DNA of 64,000 bases. Origin: Octopus vulgaris. Taxonomy: Eukaryota. Shown piece by piece: positions 11,980-24,361 of this stretch (within the stretch, counting starts at the first letter, position 1; every line of letters starts with the position of its first letter). Location: positions 123,194,001-123,258,000 of the forward strand of contig OX597814.1 of NCBI GenBank assembly GCA_951406725.2, given 5' to 3'. A model generated the notes under the pieces. It was not told where the DNA came from. It did no database searches and worked only from the letters and a program-made list of their open reading frames with translations. The position numbers and the translations under genes are program-made.

Positions 11980-12660
11980 AAATATATTGTGTCTGCTGTG
12001 GAGGTTGTCCTGTCTATCAAGTCACAAGGACCTCAGGCAGACAGTACTTTACGAAATGTGCATACAGTTCCAAGTAATACTGATTTTTGCAATGCACCTA
12101 GATTGTAGAGTATTTCTGCAGTTTCCAGATGTTTCTTCAGCTTGGGTGGTTTTGAAACCAATGCTTCGATGATAACAGGGACAAGCTTTATGTTTAACTT
12201 TCGTGGCTGCCACATCAGGTCTCCATATTTATCAATCTTTTCTCTTTCTTTCATGATAATATGTTGATCTCCTGGTATACGGCCTTCGGTACTCTACCAC
12301 TTTGTCTGTCTGGAAATCAAAGTCCTAGAGGATCTTTGTTTTACCTTTTTCGTCCATTACCTTTTCCAGTGCATGTTGGTACCAAGCACCTGTTACCTCG
12401 AATCCATACTTCTGGCATAGTAGCCAGTGAAGGGTTTGGGTTACCTTGTTGTGCCTGTGCTTGTACTCTTTCTGCGCAAGACTTTCACAACCTGAGTCAC
12501 ACTTTCGACCCTCTTCCCACACATTCTGCAGAGGTTTGTTGCACTTGTGTTTTATATATCCCTTTTCACTGAGTTGGAATTCAATGGCTGATCATGGGCA
12601 GCGATGATTAAGCTTTCAGTCTTCTTTTTTAGGCCACCCCAGGTGCATTTTTCCCAATGC
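11980..12660 (-). mobile_element. R4/Dong-like LINE 3' fragment, decayed
   Basis: LKKKTESLIIAAHDQ..SGCESLAQKEYKHRHNKV..LHWLLCQKY..KIL*DFDFQTD..EKIDKYGDL..VPVIIEAL..LQKSVLLGT. Homologous to the 58.2-59.2 kb element. Confidence 0.85.
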
Positions 12661-12699
12661 ACCTATTTTATAGGGATTGTGCCTGTTTTAATACCATCA

Positions 12700-13195
12700 C
12701 AATCAGATTATCTCTATTTCCACATCTTTGTAATTAGATAATTTTTGTATTTGTTTTGGAGATACATTATCATCTATCAGAACTGATGCGTTGATTAAAA
12801 GGTGTCTGTTTTTCTGACGATTCTTGATATCAATATCTGGTAGAATAGCCAGGATCTTCCTGTCTGTGAGTATTTGCATAGCCAAGAGTATGGTTGATGT
12901 TTACTCTCTGAATTTTTTCTGGTGCATGTGTGTCCCACTAATTCTCTCTCGCTATTTCATAATGCTGGCATAACTTTCAGTCTATGTAAGTCCCAAATCT
13001 GTCATGTCAGTGGAGGTATTCTTTTTTAGCTAAGACTTGGAGGTCAGAGACAATGTGGTTAATTGTTTCTTCTCCATCTTCACATATTCTGCAATTACTC
13101 TATCCCGCTTTATTACATACTTTAGCAGTTTTCTACTGGGGAGGCTTTGATCTTGTACTGCAGTCCTTTAGTCTCAGTTTTTGGTCTTATACTTA
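12700..13195 (-). mobile_element. R4/Dong-like LINE fragment, decayed
   Basis: AVQDQSLP..CRICEDGEETINHIVS..LAKKEYLH*HDR..TDRKILAILPDIDIK..LSNYKDVEIEI. Confidence 0.8.
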
Positions 13196-13251
13196 GAACA
13201 ATGCTCGGTAGTGCAGTGAACACATAATGAATGCATGACTACTGAATGATG

Positions 13252-13309
<58 letters not shown>

Positions 13310-13409
13310 TAATAACCATTAGAGCATCACAACAAATCACAGCACATACCCAAGGCACAGAGAGCTGCGCTCGGTAGTGAAGTGAAAGCACGCTATAAAA
13401 ATAAAACTA

Positions 13410-13476
<67 letters not shown>

Positions 13477-13640
13477 TTCATTAGTACAACACCCCCACCC
13501 CCCAAATATATGGCACACTAGGCATAACAACAACATGAACTTCCAACCCTGTTGTCTCTTGAGGTCTCTGGGTGAGACTTGGAGCCAACTTGTACAAATA
13601 TAAAGCAAAAGTCAAACATAGAATAATAATAATAATAATA
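13196..13640 (+). repeat. (TAA)n arrays interleaved with short putative Dong-type 3' ends
   Basis: TAA arrays at 13248-13312, 13413-13473 and 13623-13640. Two spacers share GCTCGGTAGTG-AGTGAA..ACTACTGAAT immediately before the TAA run. Confidence 0.55.
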
Positions 13641-13779
13641 GAGATAGAGAACAGGAAGCCAGACATAGTTTCAATTGGGAAAGAAAACAAACTATGCTGG
13701 ATCATGCCCAGCTGACAACAAGGTATGCGATAAAGAAGAAAAGTCGATAGATATGACAGGTTGGCTTGGGAAGTTAAGC

Positions 13780-14260
13780 AGTTGTGGTCTTAAACAATGT
13801 TTCGAATTTTCTTCGACTACATCCATCTCTTCAGCTTCTTTGAGTATTATTAGCCTTGTAGGAAATTTTCTTGCCATCGTTTTATCACAGCATTCTAGAG
13901 CCCTACTTTCAAATTTTATTTTAATCTTTACATAATTTCTACTGATAGTTCTTCTTTTCCTCCTTAACAATCTGTTGTTTCTGTTTCATATTTAACTTCC
14001 TTATCAAGACAAGACCATTTTTCCCTTCTTTTTGTATTTTGTAACTATTTATATTAGTTACCTATTATTCCTTACTAGATATTTTCGTAGTCCTACCAAG
14101 ATATCTTCTAGTAATTTTCCAGTTGCATAAGACCCCCTATTTCCTCATATTCGTAGTAACTACAATGTGTCTGTATCAGATTGTAAGTGTCATATTCTAA
14201 ATGTAGTCATTATTTTTCCTGTTTTCCTCTGCTAATTCGTTTAGCGTCGAACAGAGTATA
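13780..14260 (-). mobile_element. Old R4/Dong-like fragment (region after the RT domain)
   Basis: Minus strand reads LRI*GNRGLMQLE (GGRGL motif) and KRWQENFLQG (compare DRWEEKPLHG at 58390-58420). Confidence 0.55.
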
Positions 14261-14679
14261 ATATTACTATAACTTATTTCTGTAATAAGTTATAGATAGA
14301 ATATTGATGTCTTTTATTTATTTATTTACTTTTGTATTTAGCTCTGTTTTAAGCATTAACCTAATGCGTCTGTAATATTTCTGTAATAATCGCTTCTTTC
14401 ATTTATGCATTGCACACTGCCTGCTAAATATTTGTATAGCTGTATTTGTTGTAATTCTCCTATCACAATTTGTATATCTATTATCATTATTAATCTGCAT
14501 TCTCACAGCAGTAATAATGTTAATGATTCTGACGGTTTTGTTCATTGAACATCGAGCCACTGCCTACCTTCAGATAATATGTAATACATTTCCTAAGTTT
14601 CTAGCTGTAATGAACTTACCTGTAATCTGTAATGAAGTTACCTGCAATCTGTAATATTACGGAGTTTATTTTTATGCTG

Positions 14680-14860
14680 ATTATAGAACAACTATTTCGT
14701 GATATTTTCAGACACTGTACCTAATGACCCTGTTATAATAGGAATTAATTTTATCCCCTTGAAGTTCCAAAGCCTCTTTACTTCCTACTTTAGGTCCTGC
14801 TATTTGTCTGCCTTCACATATTCATTTTAATTCAGCGTGATGTTGGATGGGCAGGCTCTT
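14680..14860 (-). mobile_element. Old restriction-like endonuclease C-terminal fragment (R4/Dong-like)
   Basis: DLK*EVKRLWNFKGIKLIPIITGSLGTV on the minus strand. Confidence 0.6.
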
Positions 14861-14946
14861 ATCCAGTTCCAACTTCTATTATCTAGTTCTAGCTTCTTTC
14901 TCAAACACATCGAACTCGACATGAGCCAGCTTCTTTATTCCACTGG

Positions 14947-15739
14947 AGAGAAAAGTTGGACCTAAGAAGCATCAGATGTGGTGTGCAAGGGAGACGACTG
15001 CGCCGGTATGGCCATGTGGCGAGAATGGATGTGGATAGATGTGTGAAAAAGTGCCACACCCTAGCGGTTGAGGGAACCTGTGGAAGAGGTACATCCAGGA
15101 AGACCTAGGATGAGGTGGTGAAGCATGACTTTCGAACATTGGGCCTCACTGAGGCAATGACTAGTGACCAGGACCTTTGGAAATATGCTGTGCTTGAGAA
15201 GACCCAGTAAGCCAAGTGAGACCATAATCTTGTGGCCTATTCTAGGGGTGTAACTACCCACTTATGCATACCTTTCCATCATTAGACACTAAACTCTGCT
15301 TGCGAAGACCTGTTGAGGCAAATGAAATCGAAATCAAATTCGATGACTGGCATCTGTGCTAGTGGACCACTAAGAGTACCATACGAGCATAATCATTGCC
15401 AGAGCAACAAGCTGGCTTCCAAGCCGGTGGCACATAAAAAGCACCATTCGAGCATGATCGTTACCTGTGTCGCCTTACTGGCTCTTGTGCTGGTGGAACG
15501 TGAAAAAGCATTCAAGCGTGGTCGTTGCCAGTGCCACTGGACTGGCTCCTGTGCAGGTGGAATGTAAAAGCACCCACTACACTCTCAGAGTGGTTGGCGT
15601 TAGGAAGGGCATCCAGCTGTAGAAACTCTGCCTGATCAGATTGGAGTCTGGTGTAGCCATCTGGTTCGCCAGTCCTCAGTCAAATCGTCCAACCCATGCT
15701 GGCATGTAAAGCGGACGTTAAACGACGACGATGATGATG
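14947..15739 (+). mobile_element. 5'-truncated RTE-clade LINE: ORF C-terminus plus 3'UTR
   Basis: 14947-15210 reads REKLDLRSIRCGVQGRRLRRYGHVARMDVDRCVKKCHTLAVEGTCGRGTSRKT*DEVVKHDFRTLGL..DQDLWK, the RTE RLRWxGHVxRM / RGRPRKTW pattern with one in-frame stop. Ends in a (GAC/GAT)n tail. Confidence 0.9.
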
Positions 15740-17119
15740 AAGCAGATTTGTAGGAGCCCTGACTGTTGTTTTGCAAGATGTGTACTCCATCATCGTCTCT
15801 AAGTGCAGGTGGAACGGAGGATGAGACAATTTTGTTTGTTCCCTCACGAGTTAAACATAGGGCTGTGACTGATGTTTTTATGAAAATAGTAATACAGCAG
15901 CCATGGTCTTCCTATCAGGGGCATGAGGCAGGACAGATAGGAGCAGATACTTGGTCTTCAAGATCAAGATCCAGCTTACAAGCTGACGTCACAGCGAAAC
16001 AGTAAATGGATTTAAGGAATACGAAAATCACGACTAGAGATACTTCAACAGGCACTGATCTTTGACTTATCGCTAATTTTGCACAATACTGTTCACATGT
16101 GATAAGCAAGAAGGTGATCTGAAAGCAAAACATGCAGTCAGTGGTGTCTCTCTAGATCTACATATTTTGATGACCGTCAGAGACTACAAACCTATCCCGG
16201 AACTGTAAATCATTGAAGGAGTGAAGAGTACGTCAGTCAGAATTTACTCCGCATATGAGATCCTTTTACTTAGAAAAAGAAGAGCAACAGAGGAGCAGCA
16301 TACATCAGCAGAGGTTGCAACAACAATAGAAGACCCCAGAAAAAAAGACTACGAGTGGTGCCACCACTGTTTCTATAGTAGCACCAGACATAGCTCCAAA
16401 TATAACTAGAGAGGAAACAAGTACAAAGGGCCAATGATAACCAAGAAGCCAAGAGGCTTCCTCCCCAGCACAGAGCAATCCAGAGAATACGGGTAGCAAT
16501 GCCACACCATAGTCTTTGGACTATGATGAGAAGGATGGAGTGAGATAGTAAGACTAAAGAAAAGTGGAAAGCTACTAAAGAAACAGAGAACAAAATGAAT
16601 GAACATAGACAAAAGATATAGTAAGAGGTTAGAAGACCCTCATGAAGAGGTTCCTACCCAGTGGAGTTCCTAATCTTTACGGGAATTCGTGGGTAGAATC
16701 CTTGCCTACTTTATGGTGGCCCTACGGGAGGACGTATAAAGACTACGAATGAAGTATTTATTGAGGAAGAGGAAGGGTTAAATCCAGCACCGCTAGGCTC
16801 TGAAAGCCAAAAAGGGATAAAAAATATATATCGTATAACCACTCGCCAACAACATTACCAACAACTACAACATCAACTACATAGACAAAAACTACAAATA
16901 TGGCCACAACCACTATCGAAAACAAAGAACTACGAGAACAACAAAAACAGAAGACATTCAAACCTATCTTGACAGTCTTTCGAACAACAACCTGGAGGAG
17001 GTGGTAAAATTATAAAGATAGTCTCACTAAAGGGAGGGATTTCGATAAACACTAAAAGCACTATCAGATACCTTTCTTACAGACACATTCAAAACACCGT
17101 ATGCTAAATAAAAAAGAAA

Positions 17120-17875
17120 CTGGCCCTCCGTTGGTTACGACGGCGTGAGTTCCAGTTGATCCGATCGACGGGACAGCCTGCTCGTTAAATTAACGTGCAA
17201 GTGGTTGACGCCCCACATACACTCGTACCCTTAACATAGTTCTCAGAGAGATTCAGCATGACCCATAATGTGACAAGACTGGCCCTTTGAAGGCGGCGAG
17301 CTGGCGGAAACGTTAGCACGCCGGGCGAAATGCTGAGCGGTATTTCGTCTGCCGCTACGTTCTGAGTTCAAATTCCGCCGAGGTCGACTTTGCCTTCCAT
17401 CCTTTCGGAGTCGATTAAACAAGTACCAGTTATGCACTGGGGTCGATATAATCGACTTAATCCGTTTGTCTGTCTTCGTTTGTCCTCTCTGTGTTTAGCC
17501 CCTTGTGGGTAGTAAAGAAATAGGTATTTTGTCTGCAGCTACGTTCTGAGTTCAAATTCCGCCGAGGTTGACTTTGCCTTTCATCCTTTCGGGGTCGATA
17601 AATTAAGTACCAGTTACGCACTGGAGTCGATGTAATCGACTTAATCCGTTTGTCTGTCCTTGTTTGTCTCCTCTATGTTTAGCCACTTGTGGGCAATAAA
17701 GAAATAAGGTTAGCCCTTTGAATTACGGGTGCAATTCATTTTTGTTAGCTGAGTAGACTGGAGCAGTGTGAAATAAAGCTTGCTTGCTTAAGGACACGAC
17801 ACTCCACCGGGAATCGAACTCACAACCCTGCGATTGTCAGCTGAATACCCTAGCCACTAAGCCACGCGCCTTCAC
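17120..17875 (-). mobile_element. tRNA-headed SINE family C (centre H1 plus tail T2), interrupted by a SINE-B dimer
   Basis: Head GAAGGCGCGTGGCTTAGTGG..GTTCGATTCCC at 17875-17805. Tail GCTGAATCTC..GAACTATGTTAAGGGTAC..TCGTAACCAACGGAG at 17290-17120. Confidence 0.8.
17291..17707 (+). mobile_element. SINE family B, head-to-tail dimer
   Basis: Head AAGGCGGCGAGCTGGC, B box GAGTTCAAATTCC, body CTTTCATCCTTTCGGGGTCGATAAA. The second unit restarts at GGTATTT. GCCCTTTGA is duplicated on the flanks. Confidence 0.9.
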
Positions 17876-17959
17876 CGTATGTAAGACGTGGATCTCTATG
17901 AAAAAGAAATAAATAAAAGCACTTTAAAGCAGGCTTTCGTAGAGCCCCCATCAAAAACT

Positions 17960-18526
17960 GAGAAGCTGGAATTGCCCGGTCGCGAAATTGTTTTCCTACG
18001 AAAGTTCCGGACCCTAGTTATGAACTCATTTGCATACAGCCAAATCAGAGTTCAACTATCAAACTAATTTACGAGTGCATAACAAGTAATGGGTGCTAAG
18101 ATAAGGTCACTTGGGTAAGGAATGACCATGCTTCTTTTCTCTTTTAAGAATACTTGTTGTTCTTATTCTTGTTTCAACCATGGCTGCCTCTGTGTAGTTA
18201 CTTGTGTTATTGTTGTTTACTTTCTAAAACAGTAAGTAGAGGGTTGCAAGCACATCACCTTCTACCTACATTTTCCCCATCCACATCTTTACCATATGGG
18301 GACCCTAACAAGATCTGATAATAGGTATAGATGCAAATCTAATTACTTGTCTTCTTCTTGGCGATCGGTCGACTTACAACACCGTTATTCGTCTTCAGTT
18401 TACTTGGTAGAATGTGTTTGTTAACTTCACAAGGTCAAGATGAGCTCTGATTGGCTGTATGCAAATGAGTTCATTACTGGGGTTCAGAACTCTCGTGGCA
18501 AAAAAATTTCGCTGCCCGGTCTTCTC
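17960..18526. mobile_element. Degenerate TIR element or MITE with about 95-bp inverted arms
   Basis: GAACTCATTTGCATACAGCCAAATCAGAG (about 18022-18050) versus CTCTGATTGGCTGTATGCAAATGAGTTC (about 18445-18472). Termini GAGAAG / CTTCTC. No clear TSD. Confidence 0.55.
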
Positions 18527-19696
18527 GAAAAACAAGGTAAGTAGTCTTTTCCCTTTATTTTGCCCCCTCCCAGACGTAGTTATTCCCAGTGGGATGTATA
18601 AATGCAAGTTGCTTGGTGTCGATTCTGTAACAAGGTTATTTGCCGGACGACCTCACATCACTAGATTTCTTGGTCTACTAATGTGGTTATGGAGCAACTG
18701 CACTGGGTCATCCAGATCATATTGAGATATTGTTTGTTAGGTTAGTGGTCAGGGATAGTGAAATGTGTACATGATTTCAACTGGTTGGATACATAAACCA
18801 CAAATTTGTAATCTGCCCAGTTGGCATGGATAGAACCCAGAGACACAGATCCAGCTTCTGAAAGCTAAAAGCATCGTTGCTTCGCTCAAAGCCTTTGGCG
18901 ACTAGATTAGTGAATTAGTTAAGTGACAACTGGTTTGATGTCGTCCACATCCAGTGTTGGGTTGCTCTGAAGAAAACGATTAGGGTCGAGTCAATACCAG
19001 TAGTAAAGAACTTGTTATAGAGAGAAATCGCTTAGAAAGGGAGTTAGTGAGCAAGCTAGAAGAGGCGATTAGGAAAGATATCGTAACCTTTGCTAGTAAC
19101 GAGAATGATCCTTCAGCATGAAACAACAACGTTGCATTGTTAGAGAAAAGGTGCAAGCTCTGACTGTGAAACTGTCAATGGACATGAGTGACATGCATAC
19201 GATGGGGCAACTGAGCCACAAGGTTGAGTATTTGACAAACCAATATTCCAGATGCTGATGTTTGCTTGACCCAAGACAACAGTTCTATTAAAGAGATGAG
19301 CTGTGGAAAACATACCAAGTGATGGTCGGTCATATTCTTTCAACGTCAAGAAATCTCTGGTTTGTCTAGCACGTCACAATGGTGTTTAACAGTCATAGAC
19401 TTATCTCTTTAGGTGCCGAGCTAAAAGGTTAATTAGGTTTAATTTTTGTTATTGTTACCACCTCGTAGTTTCACACAATGGTGCCGACTACCTCGATTTC
19501 GGCGGTGTCCAACACACTGACACCCATGACTTCTACATGCACCGATACGTCTCTCCTGTATCTAATTTCAGACGAGGTGCCTATTAGCATTTCGGGGGCG
19601 ATAAAATAAAAATATCAATTAAGTACCATTGTCAATTTAATCCACTGACTTTATACTCCCAACATTACTTGCTTTGTATCTAAATTAGAAATTATA

Positions 19697-20300
19697 AGAG
19701 TGGCAAAAAGGCGGATCGTCAGAGCTTCGGAAAAATACTTCGCGGTATTTATTTCAATTTTCTTTTCTTATTTTTCTTTTTTCTTTTTTTTTTTCACTTT
19801 CTGGATTCGAATCCTGCAAGAGTCAACTTCGCCTATTAACCCTTTCGGGATTGATAAAATACAGTACCAACCAAGTATTGGGTTCGAGGGTATCAACTAA
19901 ACCCATCCCGATAAAAAATTGTACGCCTTATGCCAAACAATTTGAAACCATTATTATTACTATTACTAGTTTACTTTACGTTCTGAGTACAAATTCCGTG
20001 GAGGTCGACTTTGCCTTTCTTCCTTTCAGGGTCGATAAATTAAGTACCACTTGCGTACTGGGGTCGATCTAATCGACTGGCTCTTTTCCCCAAAAGTTCG
20101 GTCCTTGTATCTAGAGTGGAAAAGATTACTATTAGTTTACTATTTCTTCTAATTATCCTTATTTAAGGCGGTGAGCAAAATGGTTAGCGACATTTACGTC
20201 CTGAGTTCAAATTCCACCGTGGTCGACTTTGCCTTTTATCCCTTTCGGGGTCGGTAAAATAAGTACCCTCCTCAAAATTTCAGATTTAGAGCCCAGAATA
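19697..20300 (+). mobile_element. Cluster of three degenerate SINE-B copies
   Basis: The GTCGACTTTGCCTTT..CCTTTCGGGGTCGATAAA..AAGTACC body recurs at about 19820, 20005 and 20222. Confidence 0.8.
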
Positions 20301-20400
20301 GAAATCGCCGTCATCGCCATCGCCGTCGTCAACTCTGGCTGAGTAATAATTGCAACAATGCACTGAATGTTTCGAAATACGCTTGGCGCAATCAGAATAA

Positions 20401-20532
20401 GATAATGACAACAACAACGACGACGACGACGATGACGATGACGATGATGATGATGATAATGATGACGATGATGATGATGACGATGACGATGATGATGATG
20501 ACGACGACGACGATGACGACAACGACGACAAT
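20401..20532. repeat. (GAC/GAT)n trinucleotide microsatellite
   Basis: Read directly. Confidence 0.95.
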
Positions 20533-21517
20533 AATAAAAGAGAGCAAATTTTTTAAAAAGCCATCTTCATCAAACAGATATAACACGAGATTGATGTACA
20601 GTGAGAGAAGAAACGAAACTACTCTTGACTGTCTGAACAGCGTCATGGCCAGAAAAGGAAGCGAAGAGATCGGAGTGTCCGAGAGAATAAGCATGACTTG
20701 ATGCATGTCTAATATATCTGTATATTCCTCATTAGCAACTTTGCTGTGTAGGAAGAGATACCGAGGGAATATATTTAATTCGTGTGATACCCGCAGAAAA
20801 GCAGATTAAACGCAATGCTCGACGTGTAAATTATAATAAACGTCGTAATTATTGCTACTGATAACGTTAAGATTTCTAAGCAAATAACACGCCGTACTGG
20901 CTATATATTTAGATTAGTCTGTCGTTTACTGCCGTTAATCTTAAGAGATTCTATAAACTTAAGAGTCAGCCGCTGTGTTCATTATTGATTTTCTTACGTT
21001 TTCAACTGTCATTGTATAAATTTCTCATAATGGTTGTCTGCTAATGTGAAAAAGCAGACCATTACGCAAGGGAGATAATATACTAAAAATAATCACGGTT
21101 ACTTCCCTTGTGTCTGTACAGTATCGGGTTTTTAAGGTAGATTCCGGAGGTTGCCTGGGTTCTGTGACGTAATAATCCAAGATGTTTCTGTTCACAGAAG
21201 AATTCAAATCTCTTTCCGCAAAAAAAGAAATCATGAACAACGCAATTACCACTTCCTCTCCTTTCCTAAAATGGAACCATGCGTTGTATCTTCGTGAAGA
21301 AATGAATGCATTGACTTCTTGCTTGCATAGGTGCAGTGCAATATCTTCGGGAATATAGAGAGAAAAGAGGGATGAATTATGAGGAGGCGATGGCATTCAT
21401 GCCTCACCCAGAATAATTGACGATGTTGATTAAAGCAATGGAAATTCTCCGAGAAACTATAACATCAAAATACTCGGCAATACGTTCTATTGTATGGTTT
21501 AAATCTTAATACGGACG

Positions 21518-21658
21518 AAGGCGCGGAAATATAGTCAGAAGCAGGTTACCCAACCACATGGTTTCGGGTTCAGTCCCACTGCATTGCAGCTTGAGCAAGT
21601 ATCTTCTTCAATAGCTTCGGACAGACCAGAGTCTTGTGAGATGTATGTATATGTACAT

Positions 21659-21710
<52 letters not shown>

Positions 21711-21915
21711 CGGTATTTGGCCTCCCACCACCTTCAGACGACCGGTTGGTATATGTCCCCATAAATTAGCGGATCGGCAAAAGGCACCCATAGAATAAGT
21801 GCAAGGCTTAAAAAAACTAATGACAAGTAGTGGGGTCGCTTCATTCAATTACAATTTCTTGAAGATGGTGCCCCAGTATGACTGCAGTCTAATGAGTGTA
21901 CCAAGTAATAGAAGA
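21518..21915 (+). mobile_element. SINE family A, diverged, with internal (TG)n
   Basis: CCACATGGTTTCGGGTTCAGTCCCACTG..TTAGCGG..GCCCCAGTATGACTGCAGTC. Confidence 0.82.
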
Positions 21916-22168
21916 TATTACTGGTACCCATTATATACAATGCCATAGAAGTGGTTGGGGGGATTGTAACCGACTATAACCGAACTTGACAGGGTTTTTA
22001 TTTTATCAGCCCCTTAGAAAGGAAAAAAAAAAGAAGTAAAGATTACCGAGACTGGATTTGAACTCGGTGTATTAAAAGAATTATTAAATACCACAAGATA
22101 TTCTTACCAGCTGCGTTACTGATTCCCCCAATCTATCGATTTGCAACTTGCTGATATTTCCTATATTT

Positions 22169-22620
22169 AAGGCGGCGAGCTGGCAGAATCGTTAGCACAC
22201 CGGGCTAAATGCTTAGCAGTATTTCGTCTGTCTTTATGTTCTGAGTTCAAATTCCGCCGAGGTCGATTTTGCCTTTCATCCTTTCAGGGTCGATAAATTA
22301 AGTACCAGTTGCGTACTGGGGTCGATCTAATCGATTGCAGCTCCCCGCCCTTGCTCCTCCCCAAAAATTTCTGGCCTTGTGCATAGAGTAGGAAAGAATA
22401 TTTCTGTACCAGCAGGCAAAAACGTTAGCACGCGGGATGAAATGCTTGGCGGTATTTCGTCTGTCGTTACGTTCTGAGTTCAAATTCCGCCGAGGTCGAC
22501 TTTGCCTTTCATTCTTTCGGGGTCGATAAATTAAGCACCAGTTGCTTACTGAGGTCGATCTAATCGACTTGCCCCATCTCAAAAAATTTCGGGCCTTGCG
22601 CCTAGAGTAGAAAAGATATT
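22169..22620 (+). mobile_element. Two tandem SINE-B copies with an alternative 3' end
   Basis: Heads at about 22169 and 22412. The tail here is CCCAAAAATTTC-GGCCTTG-GCCTAGAGTAGAAAAGA rather than the Tx1-like tail. Confidence 0.88.
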
Positions 22621-23201
22621 ACTTATATTCTTTATTAAAAACCAATATATTGTAACTATTGTTATTACTGTCGCTATTTTTATCATTATTATTATTATTA
22701 TACATGATATTTATTTGGCCATTTATATGCTGTTAATATTGTCATTATTATGATGTTCACATAATCACTCATATTAACGTTTATAACATGGTTTACGTCT
22801 TATTTATGTAGCCATTATAGCATTACGTAACCGATTTTCTATTGCCTATATTGTCGTTTATATGTAGTCTTATAGTAATTTATACATTGTTCGTATTTTC
22901 TTTATACGTTGTTTTATGATTGTTTATATGATATTTATGCTGTGATTTTTTAAATTTTCGATTATATGTTGTTTATATTGCATATATATTACCTCATTTA
23001 GCGATATTTATAACAGCCGATATAAATGCTGGCTGGCTGGTTGGTTGGTTGGTTGGTAATCGTGATTTGCATAGTATAGAAAGAGAGATAGGGGGGGAGT
23101 TGAAATAGGAGGCGCAGGATCAGCGCGCATGCTCGGTTTCTTGCAGAGATAGGTTTCGATGGAGTAGATTGCGAAAAAGATTTAGAAAGATATTGCAAGT
23201 A

Positions 23202-23243
23202 CGAGGTCTGGTCAAAGAGTATTGGGACTGGTGCAATAAAAAT

Positions 23244-23293
<50 letters not shown>

Positions 23294-24027
23294 GTTTAAC
23301 GTCCGTTTTCCAAGCTGACATGGGTTGGACGGTTCGACTGGGGTCTGGGAATCCAGGAGGCTGCACCAGGCCCCAGTCTGATCTGGCAGTGTTTCTACAG
23401 CTGGATGCCCTTCCTAACGCCAACTACTCCAAGAGTGTAGTGGGTGATTTTTACGTGCCACCAGCACAGGGGAGCTGGGATCGACCACGATTGGATGGTG
23501 CTTTCAATTCGGCATTTAATGTCTTTCGAAGTAGTCCCCTTCTGAAGTGACGCACTTTAGCCAATGTCGTTTCCATTGATAGAAGCATTCTTAGAACCCT
23601 TTTCTTTTCTTTTTTTTTTTTTTTCGAGACAGTGAGCAGCTGACTCGTTACATTCTCTTGGAGAATTCCTCGACGTCTTGAAATCTTGTTCCTTTCAAGT
23701 GGGATTCCTTCCAAGCCTTAGTTTTGGGAGTCATAGCCATAGATCCCCGATTCATCCACCTGTTATGATCATTTTCAAAGAATTTTCGTCATTCTCGACT
23801 AAATCAAGGAGATCCTGTGCAGTTGAAATTCGATCTTCTTTTTGAGACGACCACATTCCACACACTTTACTTCCAAGCACTGCTATTAACAATGGAAGTG
23901 AGCGAGAATGTTATAACTTAGTGTGCGCATGCGTGACAGGGTTCAAGTTCAATCTGTGCTAAGCGGCTTCACTCTGAGTAATTTATCTCTATTACCATAG
24001 CAGTAGATACTTTTTGATCAGACTCCG
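23202..24027 (-). mobile_element. Internally deleted mariner with both TIRs and TA TSD, containing a nested RTE fragment
   Basis: TA|CGAGGTCTGGTCAAAGAGTAT ... ATACTTTTTGATCAGACTCCG|TA. Minus-strand relics QKEDRISTAQDLLDLVENDENSLKMIITG..ESGIYGYD (GDESW motif) and CFYQWKRHWLKCVTSEGDYFE. Confidence 0.85.
23247..23500 (-). mobile_element. RTE 3'UTR fragment with (GAT)n tail
   Basis: Reverse complement of the 9070-9220 sequence; (CAT)n at 23247-23293. Confidence 0.88.
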
Positions 24028-24361
24028 TATACAAATGAGAATTTTTTTAAATAATTTTATTTTAGGTAATAAATATTTTACTTTCGAAAATTAGTATTCA
24101 AGCCATCATTTTGTTTAAATACCGAGAATTTTGAAAAAAATCCAATTTATAATTATTGTATATCTACTCTGTTTCCTGATATTACTCATGGTAGCAAAAG
24201 TATTATTCCAAAGTTACCAATCACATGACGAGTAATACTCTTGAAACATAACAAAGGCGGACAAAAGGAGGGGGATCCCCAATTTTTATGTGTAATTTGC
24301 TTGTAATGAGGTTGAGTATGGGAGTACTTGATGTCGTATGTTGTATCCTGTTGTTGTCTTC

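Noticed and set aside
18640-18700. DLTSLDF peptide resembling the Tc1/mariner SPDLxPxD motif
   Set aside because: Too short, with no flanking transposase similarity or TIRs.
21025-21396. 123-aa non-repetitive minus-strand ORF
   Set aside because: No recognisable domain, weak splice signals and no neighbouring exons to support it.
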